A program made the translations under genes and the position numbers. Shown here one piece after another: positions 60,480 to 64,000 of a stretch of DNA of 64,000 bases. A model generated the notes under the pieces. That model did not search any database and was not told the DNA's origin. It saw only the letters and a program-made list of their open reading frames with translations. The DNA is taken from positions 65,410,001 to 65,474,000 of the forward strand of contig OZ024741.1 in NCBI GenBank assembly GCA_964016885.1. Reading direction: 5' to 3'. Source of the stretch: Eledone cirrhosa. Its lineage: Eukaryota. Every line of letters starts with the position of its first letter. The stretch's first letter is position 1.

Positions 60480-61260
60480 GTGGTGGGGAGTTATATTATT
60501 CATGAATTTAGCTAAAGAAATGATATGGAAAAAAGGTTCCTATTTACTGATTCAGCTCTATGCATGATGATACTTTTGTATTGCTAGCTTAGGATGACCC
60601 TGCAAGAGCAAGAAGATTATTTACTGATAGTTTAACAAACTTAGAACTGTTTCAATCAAGAAAAAGAGGTTAGATTAGAGATATTGAGAATTTTCTGCTA
60701 AGAATAAATAATTATCTTTCAGAAAATAATAAACAAATAATGATTTGGATACCAGGACATAGAAATAGGGAAATGGCAAAGCAGATGAATTAGCAAATGT
60801 GGGAGTACAAAGGGAAATAATAGATATAAACTACAAGTGCAATTATTTAGCAAAAATGTAATTAATCAAGGGTGGGAAAATCTTGAGGGAAAAATCTAGA
60901 GATAAGCTCTCAAATTTAAATCCTCCTCTTCTCACTCAGATCTATTGACATTTAATAGACATCAGACTCTGAACAATGTTTCAAATGAGCTATAAACTAT
61001 TGAACTATATTTAATCATGATGAAGCCACAGAGAATCGCCTCTATGTTCTTGTGGTGACTTTCTAGAAACTTTATGGCATCATTTGTTCTAGTGTAGAAA
61101 CGTCGCTATATATTAAAATTGGAGCTTGAGCAGGTCTCTCACCATTTCCTTTTTTATATCCTTCTTGTTGAAACATATGTAAGACAAATAAATTCTCTTA
61201 AATTTTTTCATCTTGGTTTTCTGTCCATTATAATTTATGTTTTCTGTATGTCTGCATTGA
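60480..61260 (+). pseudogene. Old RNase H-containing LINE remnant (I-group-like)
   Basis: LFTDSL, IWIPGH, GNGKADELAN (RNase H) and PLCSCGDFLETLWHHLF*C (CCHC-like finger), with frameshifts. Confidence 0.75.
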
Positions 61261-61406
61261 TTCAACACTTTAGATTAGTTTACTTAAAGTATGATTTCTA
61301 ATACTATATGGATTATACTGGTGACGAATCGATTTTCTTTTTTGCTGATTATGAAACTCTATTGAGCTTAAAATTTTGTTTACATAAATTTCTTCACCTG
61401 AATCTT

Positions 61407-61496
<90 letters not shown>

Positions 61497-62466
61497 GGGT
61501 CATGCCAATGCAAAGGAACACAATGGAGCAAAGTAAAAGCTTAAAAGTTGAGAACAGATAAACAAAAGTTAAACAATTATGAATTAAGAAAATATACGGT
61601 TGACAAAATATTTGCACAAAAATATCAAACGATGTGTGTACAGTAGAAATATTTTCACTGAAGAGATTTGACGTTTTAGGTGAAACTCTTTATCAAAGTA
61701 GAGCAGGAAAAGGAAAGATTAAGAAATAAGAAAATATGTAGGAATGATAGTAAGCTGGAGATACGATGTGTTTCAAACAGAGAAGTGTGATTTGAAGGAA
61801 AATAAGATACTATTTCTTGTAATGTGAGTGACCATGCAGAAGTTAAGGTTACTCACCAAAACATGGCTTCTCTAATACAAGATGCATGGTAATTTTATTT
61901 TTCCCAAGGCTTAATGCCATATTTAACTCTGCTTTAGCATGATTAAAATAGATATTTTCCACTCATGTTCTCTCTCTGTTTCTCTTTCTACTTCTTTCTC
62001 ACTCTTTCTATATCTTTCTAAGATTGATTTTCCTCCCACACCTTTTTTTTAAATAGCCGCTTTGGGGTTAGCTTCTTCATGCCTGAATAAATGAATAGAT
62101 AGAACCATGGATATCCATTAGAAGAACCAAGCCTTACATGCTCTTTGGCACTCAGCATTTACTTGTTTATTTGGGATTTTCTTTTTTTTTTACATTTTAT
62201 TTGATTCCTTACTTTACTCCCCACTCAAAGGTTTTTGTTTCCTAGATACTAAAGGAGTCACCTTTCCAAACTGATATCCCCCTCCCTCTCTCTCTTCATG
62301 CACATATCAACATCACCATTTTATGTTTATTTTCCATGCTGGCATGGGTGTGTGTATATATATATATATCATCATCATCGTTTAACGTCCATCTTCCACG
62401 CTAGCATGGGTTAGACATCATATATATATATATATATACACACACATATTTACATAGATACATACA

Positions 62467-62530
<64 letters not shown>

Positions 62531-62929
62531 TATACATAGATACATGCATACACACACACACATATATATATCACCCTCATCACCATTTAACATGCATTTT
62601 ATTTGCTACCAAAAGTTCCTACAAAACAACACCAAGTCACAAAATATAAAACACCCACTATTAATAAATTCTTCTTCTAAATCTTCTATAGTTTCTCTTT
62701 AAAAACCAATAAAAAATTAAATTAAATCTAAATAACCTGAAACACGCTTTATATCACTCAAAACACACAACACCCATAGAGAAAACCAATGTCCACCACA
62801 AACAAACATTTCTAGGAAATCATTTTACATTTTACCAACATAAAAATAAAAAATAAATATTAAAATTAATATAAAAATTGAAATAACCACAAATATTCTG
62901 GTACAGTGATAACAACTTGCTCAAGCCTC

Positions 62930-63545
62930 AGCTATGACAATCATCCGGTTTCTGTTGTATCTGCAGTGATCAAGCTATCTGTATCATGATATCTGAAGTG
63001 TTCTTATACTCTATACCTCCCCCACCTGCCCAAATACCCATCAAATATCCTAGCCCAACATTAACTCACACTTACTCTTCAATTCACAACTCAATTGCAG
63101 CCTGGTGCTGCCCAACATGTCCATTGAAGTTGCCAGACAAGATGATATTCACTGTCATCTATTCATCTGCTATTGAAGTTATCTGTAAGGAATTCTCATA
63201 GAAGTAATTTTTTTCTTTTTTAGTCAGCCCAGATTGTAGCAGATGTGGAGATAAATGTTGTCATTATATTGCTATTTGGGGCGTGATGGTCGTTTTTGCT
63301 CAAACATTTCCACAATTTTACTTGATCTATCTTTCATTATGCTAACATTAAGAGTGGGAGCCCTGAAATACCTTACAGTAGGCAGGGTGTCCAGAGGTGA
63401 TTTGGTCATCTTTTGATCACAGCTTTCTGTATCTGAAAGGAAATGTGTGATTGTTTGATGACAATTGAAGGAGTTCTCACACAAGGCTAGGTTAGCCATC
63501 CCACTACCATGTGCACCATTATCATGGTTAGTGTTATTCCTGTAT
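62930..63545 (-). pseudogene. Old RTE 5' region (N-terminal extension + APE start)
   Basis: FRAPTLNVSIMKDRSSKIVEMFEQK aligns with FRVGTINVGTLKGRANEVVEMLERK; IILSGNFNGHVGQH aligns with IIAGDLNGHVGQH. Confidence 0.8.
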
Positions 63546-64000
63546 ATGCAATTAATATTTATCTTGTGAATTCTAATAATCATGTTTTTTTTTCTTTCTT
63601 GATGCCCTTTCTATCACCAACCCATTTACAGCATGGACTGAGTGCATTTTATCATGCCACCAACACCAGGGAGTGTCTGCCAATACTTAAGAGTCCTTTA
63701 TACCTTGTGTCTGGTTTTATTCAGAGTGACTGCTCTCCTAGACAGGTTGCCTTCACTACAGCATATAAAGTCCTTGTCTACCCAAAAGGGGGATGTAGAA
63801 ACAATATTGATGATTTATATTAGGCTGACCATTCAGATGATATATTCAAAGTTCTTCAAATGTTTGTGGGAAATAACAAAAAAAAAAAACACACACACAC
63901 ACAAAAAACAAAACAAAACAAAACAAAAACAAACAAATTTTATTAGAAATTATTTGAAATAATATTTATATTTCAGTATTTCCTGATTCTTTTATCTGTC

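Noticed and set aside
63272-63583. 103-aa ORF as a host exon
   Set aside because: Its C-terminal part aligns with the RTE APE N-terminus and further APE motifs follow

Overview
AT-rich, repeat-saturated eukaryotic DNA with no confidently identifiable host gene and one 200-N scaffold gap (31703-31902). The repeat repertoire suggests a mollusc, probably an octopus-like cephalopod; this is inference, not a database result. The core (about 14.7-34.7 kb) is a huge interrupted (TA)n field packed with RTE-clade LINEs. One copy (21262-24746) is nearly complete, with APE + RT and a single +1 frameshift. All RT-bearing RTE copies, from three families, carry a C4HC3 PHD-type finger inserted inside the reverse transcriptase. 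Elsewhere are two tRNA-derived SINE families, Penelope-like element (PLE) remnants with about a dozen hammerhead-ribozyme-like motifs (several in perfect or near-perfect fold-backs), a non-autonomous Helitron, MITEs of several superfamilies, CR1/Tx1/RNase H-LINE remnants and minisatellites. The most interesting signals are the PHD-in-RT architecture coupled with (TA)n insertion, the hammerhead-centred palindromes, and a 1-kb nested inverted structure at 11-12 kb. All alignments and counts were done by eye.
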